Shown in pieces: positions 7,710-16,658 of a stretch of 40,173 nucleotides of DNA (position 1 is its first letter; each line of letters starts with the position of its first letter). The stretch lies in the sequence record SRR22947725_471. The stretch is one strand, 5' to 3'. A program made the translations under genes and the position numbers. The notes beneath the pieces are model-generated. The model worked only from the letters and a program-made list of their open reading frames with translations. It ran no database searches and was not told where the DNA came from.

Positions 7710-9203
7710 TTAATTAATATCGCCACGACCAAGAACAGAAACTGTATGTTTTTTTTGTAAAACTAAAATCTGATCTTCGCTTAGCAAACCTATAGTATCG
7801 AATATTTTAATCGAATCCATTGCCATAATCTTCTGTAATATTTCATCTTTCTTGTAGTCTTTGTGTCCTGTTGAAATGATAATAATATCTGGAGAGAGAT
7901 TGAATATATTATCAATATTAGGCTCTATATGGCATCCTTGTTCTTGCCAAAAAGAAACATAGGGATCATGTAATAATATCTCTGATTTAGATTCACGAAC
8001 CTTTTTTACCAATGTTTCTACTGGGGTATATCTTGTATCTCCCACATCACCGCGATAAGATACTCCTAGAAAGGCTACCTTTTTTCCTTCCAAATTTCCA
8101 AACACTTCAACAAGTCTATTAAAGGCGAATATGGGCATCTGATCATTATTGGACACGCTATTAACACTCATATTTAACCCTGATTGAGAAGCAAAAAAGG
8201 ATTTACGAGCCCAGCTAGCTAGTAACGGGTCTTTTGTTAAACAATAACCACCAACTCCAATACCAGGATACATTAAATTTGAATGGGTCTTTCTAATTCT
8301 AATAGCATCAACAATCGAATAGAGATCTACACCAGCCTCCTCTGCAAAACGAGACCATTCAATTGCAAAAGCTATATTCATGGCACGATATGAGTTTTCT
8401 AAAACTTTAGCCATTTCAGTTGCATTAGTGTGCTCAAGCCTTGTTAACTCACACTTGCTTGAATCAATAATAGTTTTTAAAAATTGTTCAATTGAATCTG
8501 CACTAACTTTGTTTACGCCAGAATAGACTCTCGGAAACTCTCGAATAGAGTCTATATATTGAGGTCCAGGCATTACTCGTTCATATGAGTGCCCTAGCCT
8601 GTATTTTTCTGTGCTAAGACCACGTTTGCTTAATTCATTATCTATAGCTGGCTTTACAATAAATTGACTTGTTCCAGGAGGAACTGTTGTTTCAACAAGA
8701 ATCATTACATCTTCTTTACAATTTTTTCCTATTGATGCTATGGCTGATTTAAAGCCAGTTAGATCAACATTATAATCATTCAATACCCCGCTATCCTCAG
8801 ATATTTTTTCAACATCGAGATTGATATCAACAATAACAACATCTGCATACTTATATGCCAAAGAATCGTATGTAGCTAAGAAATTTCCTTTTTTTATTGA
8901 ATCTTGAAAAAACTCATCAATTTTTGGGTCATCTGCAATAAGAGGGAAAACTCCATCATTTATAGACTGTATCTTCCAGTAAGTATTCTCATTCGGTAAA
9001 TCAATACCTATAACAGCATATTCTTCTCTAAATGAGTTAGCGCAAACTAATGACATAACCGCGCCAACAAATCCAAGCCCCTGGACAATAATAACTTTTT
9101 TCCCATTATTTTTTATTAGAAATTTTTCAATATTTTTTGAATCGTCCAGCACTTCAGGAATATCATATACATCCTGAGTTAGAGCATTTACTGATTTTTT
9201 CAT
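7710..9203 (-). CDS. UDP-sugar 6-dehydrogenase (UDP-Glc/GDP-Man dehydrogenase family, long form)
   Basis: Motifs QGLGFVG, VETTVPPGT, ERVMPG, EMAKVLENSYR and PGIGVGGYCLTKDP. Confidence 0.9.
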   Translation of the reverse strand: MKKSVNALTQDVYDIPEVLDDSKNIEKFLIKNNGKKVIIVQGLGFVGAVMSLVCANSFREEYAVIGIDLPNENTYWKIQSINDGVFPLIADDPKIDEFFQDSIKKGNFLATYDSLAYKYADVVIVDINLDVEKISEDSGVLNDYNVDLTGFKSAIASIGKNCKEDVMILVETTVPPGTSQFIVKPAIDNELSKRGLSTEKYRLGHSYERVMPGPQYIDSIREFPRVYSGVNKVSADSIEQFLKTIIDSSKCELTRLEHTNATEMAKVLENSYRAMNIAFAIEWSRFAEEAGVDLYSIVDAIRIRKTHSNLMYPGIGVGGYCLTKDPLLASWARKSFFASQSGLNMSVNSVSNNDQMPIFAFNRLVEVFGNLEGKKVAFLGVSYRGDVGDTRYTPVETLVKKVRESKSEILLHDPYVSFWQEQGCHIEPNIDNIFNLSPDIIIISTGHKDYKKDEILQKIMAMDSIKIFDTIGLLSEDQILVLQKKHTVSVLGRGDIN

Positions 9204-9225
9204 AAAAACCTCTCTTTATTAAAAC

Positions 9226-10461
9226 TTAAAAATTATGATTTATCGTAGCTCCACAAAAATCTATGGTATTTGCATTCATTAATTTTTCTATATTTTCTTT
9301 GTTTAAAAACTCTTGATGTTTAACAAGAATAACTATTATGTCAGCATCTAAAGAATCATCAAAAGAGCTTAATTTAAATTTACTATGCTCATTGATATTT
9401 GGCTCTACTGAAACAACATTAACGCCAAGATCAAGAAGTCTACTAACTACTAAAACAGCTGGAGATTCTCGAAGATCATCAATATTGGGTTTAAAAGAAA
9501 GCCCTAAACAAGAAACTTTAGGCTGATAATTCTTTTTTTTTGATATTTTTTTTACTTCTTGCATTATTTTATCAACCACCCATTCTGGCTTTAAATCATT
9601 AACTTCACGAGCTTTTTTTATAATTTGTGAACACTCTGGATCTTTTGAGACAATAAACCAAGGGTCTACTGCAATGCAGTGCCCGCCTACTCCTGTACCA
9701 GGTTGTAATATGTCTACCCTAGGATGCCTATTGGCTAAACCAATTAGCTCCCAAACATCTATTTCATTTTTATCACATATCATTGACAGCTCATTTGCAT
9801 AAGCAATATTTATATCACGGAAACTATTTTCAGCTAATTTACACATTTCTGCAGTTTTATCTGAAGTTGTTAGTACTTTACCATTTACAAATGTTTCATA
9901 AAATTTTGACACATCATCTGTCGATTTTTTATTTACTCCACCTATGATTCGATCGTTATTAACTAACTCGTGCATAATCTTTCCAGGAAGGACTCTTTCA
10001 GGACAGTAAGCTATTGATATTTTTTCAATATTAACCTCAGTTTCCTTAATAATATTTCTAATTACTCTTGTTGTGCCAACTGGAGAGGTTGATTCAAGAA
10101 TAATCATATCCCCTTCTTTAATTAAATCCTTAATGGAATTAGCTGCACTTTCTACATATTCTATATTAGGTGTAGGAGTATCATTCTCTTTATAAAAAGG
10201 AGTTGGAACACAGATCATATAGATATCAGCAACTTGAGTCTTAGAAACAGCTTTTAGACTTCCATTCATAACAGCATTTTTAACATGATGATCTAAATCA
10301 GGCTCTACTATATGTATATCTCCTCTGTTAATTGTATTTACAGTTGATTCGTTTATATCAACCCCTATTACTTTATAACCTGAATTAGCTAACAAAGCAG
10401 CCGTTGGAAGGCCAATGTATCCAAGACCAATAACACATACTGTTTTATTTCCATTATTCAT
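9226..10461 (-). CDS. wecC: UDP-N-acetyl-D-mannosamine dehydrogenase
   Basis: Motifs GLGYIGLPTA, ILESTSPVGTT, YCPERVLPG, GVGGHCIAVDPWF and FKPNIDDLRESPA; follows wecB. Confidence 0.92.
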   Translation of the reverse strand: MNNGNKTVCVIGLGYIGLPTAALLANSGYKVIGVDINESTVNTINRGDIHIVEPDLDHHVKNAVMNGSLKAVSKTQVADIYMICVPTPFYKENDTPTPNIEYVESAANSIKDLIKEGDMIILESTSPVGTTRVIRNIIKETEVNIEKISIAYCPERVLPGKIMHELVNNDRIIGGVNKKSTDDVSKFYETFVNGKVLTTSDKTAEMCKLAENSFRDINIAYANELSMICDKNEIDVWELIGLANRHPRVDILQPGTGVGGHCIAVDPWFIVSKDPECSQIIKKAREVNDLKPEWVVDKIMQEVKKISKKKNYQPKVSCLGLSFKPNIDDLRESPAVLVVSRLLDLGVNVVSVEPNINEHSKFKLSSFDDSLDADIIVILVKHQEFLNKENIEKLMNANTIDFCGATINHNF

Positions 10462-11602
10462 AAAAATCTCTTTTTATTTGATCAATAATTCTTTTAGAAG
10501 CATTTCCATCTCCATATGGATTATGGGCCTGGGACATAGATAAATAACTGGCTTCGTTTTCTATTATTTGAGAAACTTCTTCAATAATATTAATCTTATT
10601 TGCCCCTACAAGCTTTACAGTGCCAGCAGTTATAGCTTCCGGTCTCTCCGTCACATCCCTCATAACAAGAACAGGTTTACCAATACTTGGTGCTTCTTCC
10701 TGTATTCCACCTGAATCTGTAAGAACCAAGAAACATTTAGTTAATAAATATATAAATGGTTCATAATCAAGAGGTGCTATTAAATGAACATTTTCAAGCT
10801 TTGAAAGTATTGCGTTTACGGGCTCTTGTACATTGGGATTGAGATGAACAGGATATATAAAGTGCATGTCTGGAAATTTTATTGCAAGCTCAGATATAGC
10901 TTCACAGATATCAATAAACCCTTTACCAAAATTTTCCCTTCTATGTCCAGTAATCAATATGAACTTGTTTTTATCCAAATCAAAGCTTACATATTTGGAC
11001 AAAAATTTAACAATATTGTCCTCTCTTTGAGAATCTTTTTTAAATCTATTAATTACCCAATGAAGAGAATCTATTACGGTATTGCCGGTGATAAAAATGT
11101 TAGATGCAGGGCAATTTTCTAGAATCAAATTTTTACCACTTGATTCAGTTGGTGCAAAATGAATTTTAGCGAGTTTGCTAACTATCTGACGATTAAATTC
11201 TTCTGGAAAAGGAGCGTATATATTATTTGTTCTGAGTCCGGCTTCCACATGGCCTATTGGAATATCTGCATAAAAGGCTGCAATTGAACAAGCCAATGTT
11301 GTTGTCGTATCACCATGAACTAAAACTAAATCAGGTTTATATTTTTTATAAACTGTTCTCATTGAAATTAGTATTGATGATGTGATGTCTGTTAAATCTT
11401 GTCCATATTCCATTGTATTAAGGTCTTCATCTGGAGTTATATCAAATAAGTCTAGAACTTGATCAAGCATTTCTCTGTGCTGAGCAGTAACACAAACTTT
11501 TGTATTAAAGTATTCAGCATTTTTTTTTAGTTCGTGGCATATAGGTGCCATTTTTATAGCTTCGGGCCTTGTCCCGAAAACAACTAAAACATTTTTTAAC
11601 AA
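10454..11602 (-). CDS. wecB: UDP-N-acetylglucosamine 2-epimerase (non-hydrolysing); likely start is TTG at 11602 after a GGAG
   Basis: Motifs VFGTRPEAIKMAP, HGDTTT, GHVEAGLRT, PFPEE, TDSGGIQEEAP and NPYGDG. Confidence 0.95.
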   Translation of the reverse strand: MLKNVLVVFGTRPEAIKMAPICHELKKNAEYFNTKVCVTAQHREMLDQVLDLFDITPDEDLNTMEYGQDLTDITSSILISMRTVYKKYKPDLVLVHGDTTTTLACSIAAFYADIPIGHVEAGLRTNNIYAPFPEEFNRQIVSKLAKIHFAPTESSGKNLILENCPASNIFITGNTVIDSLHWVINRFKKDSQREDNIVKFLSKYVSFDLDKNKFILITGHRRENFGKGFIDICEAISELAIKFPDMHFIYPVHLNPNVQEPVNAILSKLENVHLIAPLDYEPFIYLLTKCFLVLTDSGGIQEEAPSIGKPVLVMRDVTERPEAITAGTVKLVGANKINIIEEVSQIIENEASYLSMSQAHNPYGDGNASKRIIDQIKRDFYE

Positions 11603-11664
11603 TTTTATCTCCAAAAAAATACCTTACACTTGCGGATTATAAACAAAAGGTCTGCAAACTTCTC

Positions 11665-12828
11665 TTATAAAAACAAATCTTTTAAAAATTTATCAAAATG
11701 AATTAAAAAATTATGCATTGATTTTTCGCGTACATATTTTCTTTTCAAATGATTTAAATTTAATTCAATTTCAGCATCACTTAATTCTACATTAATTAAT
11801 CGGCTATATGATATTTGAAATTCATAGATATCACCTGTATTAAATATTTCTACACCATAAAAGTCTTTAAAAATATCTTTTGCTGGTCCATCAGGCAACC
11901 CAAGTAAAATTTTTCTACCAGAAGCAATATATTCAAATATTTTTGTTGGAACTGCCGAAGAAAAATCACTTCCTATTTGAGCAAATAAAACATCAGCATT
12001 TTCCATAAACTTTAAAACATTTTCTGAGGGGACTGATCCAAAAAAATTAATATTTTGTATATTTTCAATTTTCGTTCGAGTTTTAAGATGTGTAAGTTGC
12101 GCTCCATCTCCAATAATATTTATTGAAACATTGTCGGCTTCTTTCTTGGAAAAATTAAGAAGGATTCCGAGCTCCTGCGCTATGCCAACATTACCTATAT
12201 ATGTCATATTAATATCTTTATTATTTACGTTTGATTTTCTAGCTACCTTCGAAACCTCAATTAATTTTTTATTTGAAATGCCATTGGGAACTATAATGGG
12301 CTCATTGTGTTGAATATTTTTTACAATTAATGCCTCAGACTTGTTTGTTACAGAAATTATGTTTGCTTTTTTTGAAGCTAATTTAAATAAATATTCAAGA
12401 ATTTTTTTTAAGAAATTATTAATAAATCCTTTTGCAAAATAAGTCCAAACTGCATCTCTGATATCTAAAACTAATAATTTAGGTTTTTTAAAAAAAATTA
12501 TTGGAAGTAATAAAAGAATTGAAGGAATTGAGACTATATAAATATCAGAGTTAGTTTTGTAAGCTGCTCGCCATAACTCAATTGAAAGCGAGAGCTCCTT
12601 AAAAGCTCTTAAGATATAATTATTCTTATTAATAGGATTACCCATAATATTAATAATTTTAATATTATTGGTAAAATTACTATGTCGATTGGTATCACTC
12701 GAGCTGCAAACAATATCAATTGAATCAATACGGTTATTTTTTAGTAACTCTTCAGCAAATATTCTCATTCTATTAGCAGTTGCTTTGCCGTTAGGGAATG
12801 GAAAGGATGTAATTATAGTTATTTTCAT
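11665..12828 (-). CDS. Glycosyltransferase family 4 (WbuB-like)
   Basis: Motifs LDIRD.VW, VPNG, YIGNVGIAQ.L, IGDG and AVPTKIFEYIASG. Confidence 0.85.
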   Translation of the reverse strand: MKITIITSFPFPNGKATANRMRIFAEELLKNNRIDSIDIVCSSSDTNRHSNFTNNIKIINIMGNPINKNNYILRAFKELSLSIELWRAAYKTNSDIYIVSIPSILLLLPIIFFKKPKLLVLDIRDAVWTYFAKGFINNFLKKILEYLFKLASKKANIISVTNKSEALIVKNIQHNEPIIVPNGISNKKLIEVSKVARKSNVNNKDINMTYIGNVGIAQELGILLNFSKKEADNVSINIIGDGAQLTHLKTRTKIENIQNINFFGSVPSENVLKFMENADVLFAQIGSDFSSAVPTKIFEYIASGRKILLGLPDGPAKDIFKDFYGVEIFNTGDIYEFQISYSRLINVELSDAEIELNLNHLKRKYVREKSMHNFLIHFDKFLKDLFL

Positions 12829-12834
12829 TAAAAC

Positions 12835-14478
12835 TTAGATGATTTCAACGATGCTTACACCTTTAATTAAACCTATTTCAAAGCACTTTGTTTGCTCAAG
12901 GTAGCCGAATTTATTGGTACTCTCCCATTTAATCAAATTGATGGTACCAACTTTTATAATAAATTCAATTTCGACATCATTATTTTTTAGAAAAAATTTA
13001 GTGTCATCAATTTTTTTTATAGTTACATTCGGATCAACTATAAATCTAGAAATAGCTGATTCATATTTACCATTCACCTTATCTTGAATAATTATTTTTC
13101 TTGTTTCAATCTTCCAGCATCTGGTATGAGTAAGGCTGCGTTTAAGTATCTTTTGATATCCATCATGAGAGCATTCAATATTTAGAGATTCTTTTTTTTC
13201 ATTTATTTTTAAATTATAAGGATAAGCTCTTTTTGCGACCCTAAAAGAAGACCAGGTTTGAGATGAACTTGTTCTATTTACTTCGACAGTATTATGAGCC
13301 CTGGTAGACCTTTCAAAAATTCTTCTATTTGAAGACCCATAGCAAGAGGTTCCAGAATTAACAAATATACTTTTTTGTTGCCTAGAAAGCTCAAAAGAAA
13401 GCGTGTCAGCGTGACCGTGAGCTAGCAAATGATCAGGACCAAGTTTAGCAACATCTATGATAATTTGAACGTCATTCTTTTGAACACTAATATAGCCTGA
13501 ATCTTTTAAATGGATAACATTAAGCTTTTTAACTGAATTCATATTTTCAAAATTAAATCCTAATTTAATTGCATACGTCTTAATATCTAATGGGGAAGGG
13601 CCTATATTTGAAGCTGAATCATTAAAATTAGTAACTTTATTATCATCAAATGTCATAGCATTAATCCAATCAATCATTTTTGGAATTTTCAATTCTAAAA
13701 GCTTACTTACATTTTTTACTTCTTCTTTTTCCTCTAGATCATAGCTTTTTAAGATATTGAGAATATCTAGACAGTCTTTAGAAAAAATACAATGATACAT
13801 TGGAGATAATTCAAAATTCCCACCATCATCTAGAATTTGATCCTGTAACTCTTCATAAATTATTTTTAAACCCTTATTTAGCCATCTTTGTGAAATCAAG
13901 CAGTTAAAATAGCAACCAAGAAATATTAGCGCTTTAGCATTTGCGAAGAGGTGGTTCCCTAAAATATTATGCTCTAAAGACTTTTCAAGAAAAATTCCCT
14001 GAGCAAATAAGCTTTTAATTGCTGGTTTGCTTAAGGCTCTTTCTCTTAAGTCCCATTTGATCCAGTTGGCTATTCTTAATGATAAGGGGTAAGCATGGAG
14101 CCCAACAGAATATTTTGTGTTATTGCATATGATCCAGTCTTGAATTAAATCTTTATGCCAATCAATCCTATTGTGTGTATTTGTTGCATTTAGATCATTG
14201 AAATAATGTTGGTTAAAACGCCATAATTTATCTTTCTCATCCCCATTCCACCCAATCTCTGATAGGCTGCCTTCCTCTCCATAAAATTTAAATACCTTGT
14301 TGCTTATAAGGGAGTCTTTTTCAGGACATGCGTCTATAAATTTATTTATATGATTTCTAGTCGTGGGATCTGGCAAATAAGATTTAAATTCAGGACGATA
14401 GATTCTTCTTACAATCTGAAAGAATATTTGCTTAAATTTGAGCCTACGGACAGTATTAAAATATAGGTCGATAATCAA
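12835..14478 (-). CDS. Heparinase II/III-like protein
   Basis: Motifs LWRFNQHYF, YPLSLRIANWIKW, LGNHLFANAKAL, DGGNFELSPMYH, HGHADTLSFEL and RSTRAHNTV. Confidence 0.88.
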   Translation of the reverse strand: MIIDLYFNTVRRLKFKQIFFQIVRRIYRPEFKSYLPDPTTRNHINKFIDACPEKDSLISNKVFKFYGEEGSLSEIGWNGDEKDKLWRFNQHYFNDLNATNTHNRIDWHKDLIQDWIICNNTKYSVGLHAYPLSLRIANWIKWDLRERALSKPAIKSLFAQGIFLEKSLEHNILGNHLFANAKALIFLGCYFNCLISQRWLNKGLKIIYEELQDQILDDGGNFELSPMYHCIFSKDCLDILNILKSYDLEEKEEVKNVSKLLELKIPKMIDWINAMTFDDNKVTNFNDSASNIGPSPLDIKTYAIKLGFNFENMNSVKKLNVIHLKDSGYISVQKNDVQIIIDVAKLGPDHLLAHGHADTLSFELSRQQKSIFVNSGTSCYGSSNRRIFERSTRAHNTVEVNRTSSSQTWSSFRVAKRAYPYNLKINEKKESLNIECSHDGYQKILKRSLTHTRCWKIETRKIIIQDKVNGKYESAISRFIVDPNVTIKKIDDTKFFLKNNDVEIEFIIKVGTINLIKWESTNKFGYLEQTKCFEIGLIKGVSIVEII

Positions 14479-16631
14479 GGTTGCTTTCTTAGGTTTTCAG
14501 CAATATCGATAGAAAGACTGGCAACTTCATATAGCTCATTAAAAGGAATAGCGGGCTTATTTGTTTTTATGCTATCAATAAAGCTTTTAATGCAATTCTT
14601 TTGTCCTTTATCTTGTTGCCAAGTTCTCATTATCCTAAAATTTTTCCATCCAAATCCTCTTAGAACTCTAAAATTATCTAAACTTAAAACTTTTCCACCA
14701 GAAAAAACATTGATTGTTTCTTTAGGGAACGAGCTTGAACCATTAGAAAAATAATTAATTGTTCCAAATGAGCCATCAGCAAAATTTATTGTTATTGATG
14801 CGTTGTCATCATTAGCTTTTTCTGAGACTTTTTTTCCCATGCAGGTAGCAACAGCATTGGTGATTTCAAAACCTACTAAATAGCGCATTAAATCAATATA
14901 ATGACATGCTTCGCCGATAATCCTTCCGCCCCCAATATCTGTATCATGAACCCAATGATTTGCTGGTATATTTCCAGCATTCATTGTCATAATTAAAGTT
15001 TTAGGCTCATTAGTAGAATCAAGAAGAGATTTCATTTTTATAATATGAGGAGAAAAACGTCTATTAAAACCTACCATTATTTGATTATTTTTTTTCTTTT
15101 TTGATATGCAGTCAGTACGATTTAAATTTTTAATTGCTTGAAGACCCTTTCTGTCTATGGCCATAGGTTTTTCAACAAAAACATCCTTGTTAGCATCTAT
15201 CGCTTGGCAGATTAAATCAGAATGAGAATCATGCCGAGTTGCAATGGCAACAGTATTTATTTCATCATTAGAAATGATATCGCTTATATTTGTAGAAGAA
15301 TATCTAAAATTTGAATTTATACCATGGATAGTTCCACTTAACCCATTAGATGTTACAACTGAATGCAGTTTTGTATCAAATCTCTTAAATATTGGTATTA
15401 AAACTCTTGAAGCGTAGTTCCCAGCTCCTATGAAACCTAGTACTATATCATCTTTGTTAGAAGATTTACCCTGATTATCCTTGCTCGGCAGAGCTACAGT
15501 TTTAGAAATCCTAGCATCAGATGATGATGAATATTCAATAACCATACCTAGACCCTGCTCACCTCGTGAAATTTTACTATAAAATTTTGGAGCATCCTCA
15601 AAGGGAATACGATGGCTTATTAGGGGTGTTAAATTAATTTTCTTAGAACTCATTAAATCAAGCACTGCTTCAAAATTTCTTTGTTCAGTCCAACGAACAA
15701 AGGCTATAGGATAATCGTTTCCACCTTCTTCATAATTTGAGTCGTATCGACCGGGCCCGTATGAACAGCTAACTTGAAAGCTTAACTCTTTTTCATAAAA
15801 ATCATCTCTTGATAAGTCTAGTCCCGTTACTCCCACTAATACGATTCTTCCTCGTTTTCTGCACATATTAGCTGCTTGACTAATAACTTCATTACTTTTG
15901 GTAGAGGCTGTAATAATTACTCCATCAATTCCCTGGCCTCTTGAAAACTTTTTAGCAAAAGGTATAACATCATCACCTTTTTTAGGATTGATAGTTGTTG
16001 CACCAAACTCTTTAGCTAATTGAAGCCTATCATCCTGAATATCTATAGCTAAAACTCTACATCCTTGGGCCGCTAGCATCTGGACAGTTAAAAGACCAAT
16101 TGAACCAAGTCCAATAACAACAAAACTCTCGCCTAAAGTAGGTTGCGCTAAACGTATTCCTTGAAGGCCTATTGCAGCAAGTACAGTAAAACTAGCCTCT
16201 TCATTGGTTACATTGTCAGGAATATGTGCACAAAGATTTTTTGAAACTGAGACTACTTCGGAGTGGCTACCATTACTCACCACACGATCTCCAACACTGA
16301 AACCATGAACATTATCTCCGGTTTCAACAACCTTACCAACATTACAATAACCCAAAGTTATTGGTTGAGAAAGCTTACTCTTCACTGCCTCGTAAGTTGT
16401 TGAAAAACCATCATTTTTTATCTTATCTATAACTTCTTTTACTTTATCGGGTTGCTGACGAGCCTTGGCTAAATAACCTGATTTTGCAAAATCCACTAGC
16501 ATTTTTTCAGTCCCAACTGAAATAAGACTATTGGTTGAATGAATTAATAAATTATTACTAGATACATTCGGAGATGGAACCTCTATAAGAGAAGTTTCAC
16601 CATTTTGTAGGTTCTGAATTAACTGTTTCAC
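14475..16631 (-). CDS. Bi-domain oxidoreductase (MDR/ADH-like plus Gfo/Idh/MocA)
   Basis: Motifs SLISVGTE, GLGSIG, SCSYGPGRYD, FIGAGNYA, VFVEKPMA, VGFNRRF and GGGRIIGEACHYID; GTG start. Confidence 0.92.
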   Translation of the reverse strand: MKQLIQNLQNGETSLIEVPSPNVSSNNLLIHSTNSLISVGTEKMLVDFAKSGYLAKARQQPDKVKEVIDKIKNDGFSTTYEAVKSKLSQPITLGYCNVGKVVETGDNVHGFSVGDRVVSNGSHSEVVSVSKNLCAHIPDNVTNEEASFTVLAAIGLQGIRLAQPTLGESFVVIGLGSIGLLTVQMLAAQGCRVLAIDIQDDRLQLAKEFGATTINPKKGDDVIPFAKKFSRGQGIDGVIITASTKSNEVISQAANMCRKRGRIVLVGVTGLDLSRDDFYEKELSFQVSCSYGPGRYDSNYEEGGNDYPIAFVRWTEQRNFEAVLDLMSSKKINLTPLISHRIPFEDAPKFYSKISRGEQGLGMVIEYSSSSDARISKTVALPSKDNQGKSSNKDDIVLGFIGAGNYASRVLIPIFKRFDTKLHSVVTSNGLSGTIHGINSNFRYSSTNISDIISNDEINTVAIATRHDSHSDLICQAIDANKDVFVEKPMAIDRKGLQAIKNLNRTDCISKKKKNNQIMVGFNRRFSPHIIKMKSLLDSTNEPKTLIMTMNAGNIPANHWVHDTDIGGGRIIGEACHYIDLMRYLVGFEITNAVATCMGKKVSEKANDDNASITINFADGSFGTINYFSNGSSSFPKETINVFSGGKVLSLDNFRVLRGFGWKNFRIMRTWQQDKGQKNCIKSFIDSIKTNKPAIPFNELYEVASLSIDIAENLRKQP

Positions 16632-16658
16632 TATATTATTTCCTGATTATATTATATG

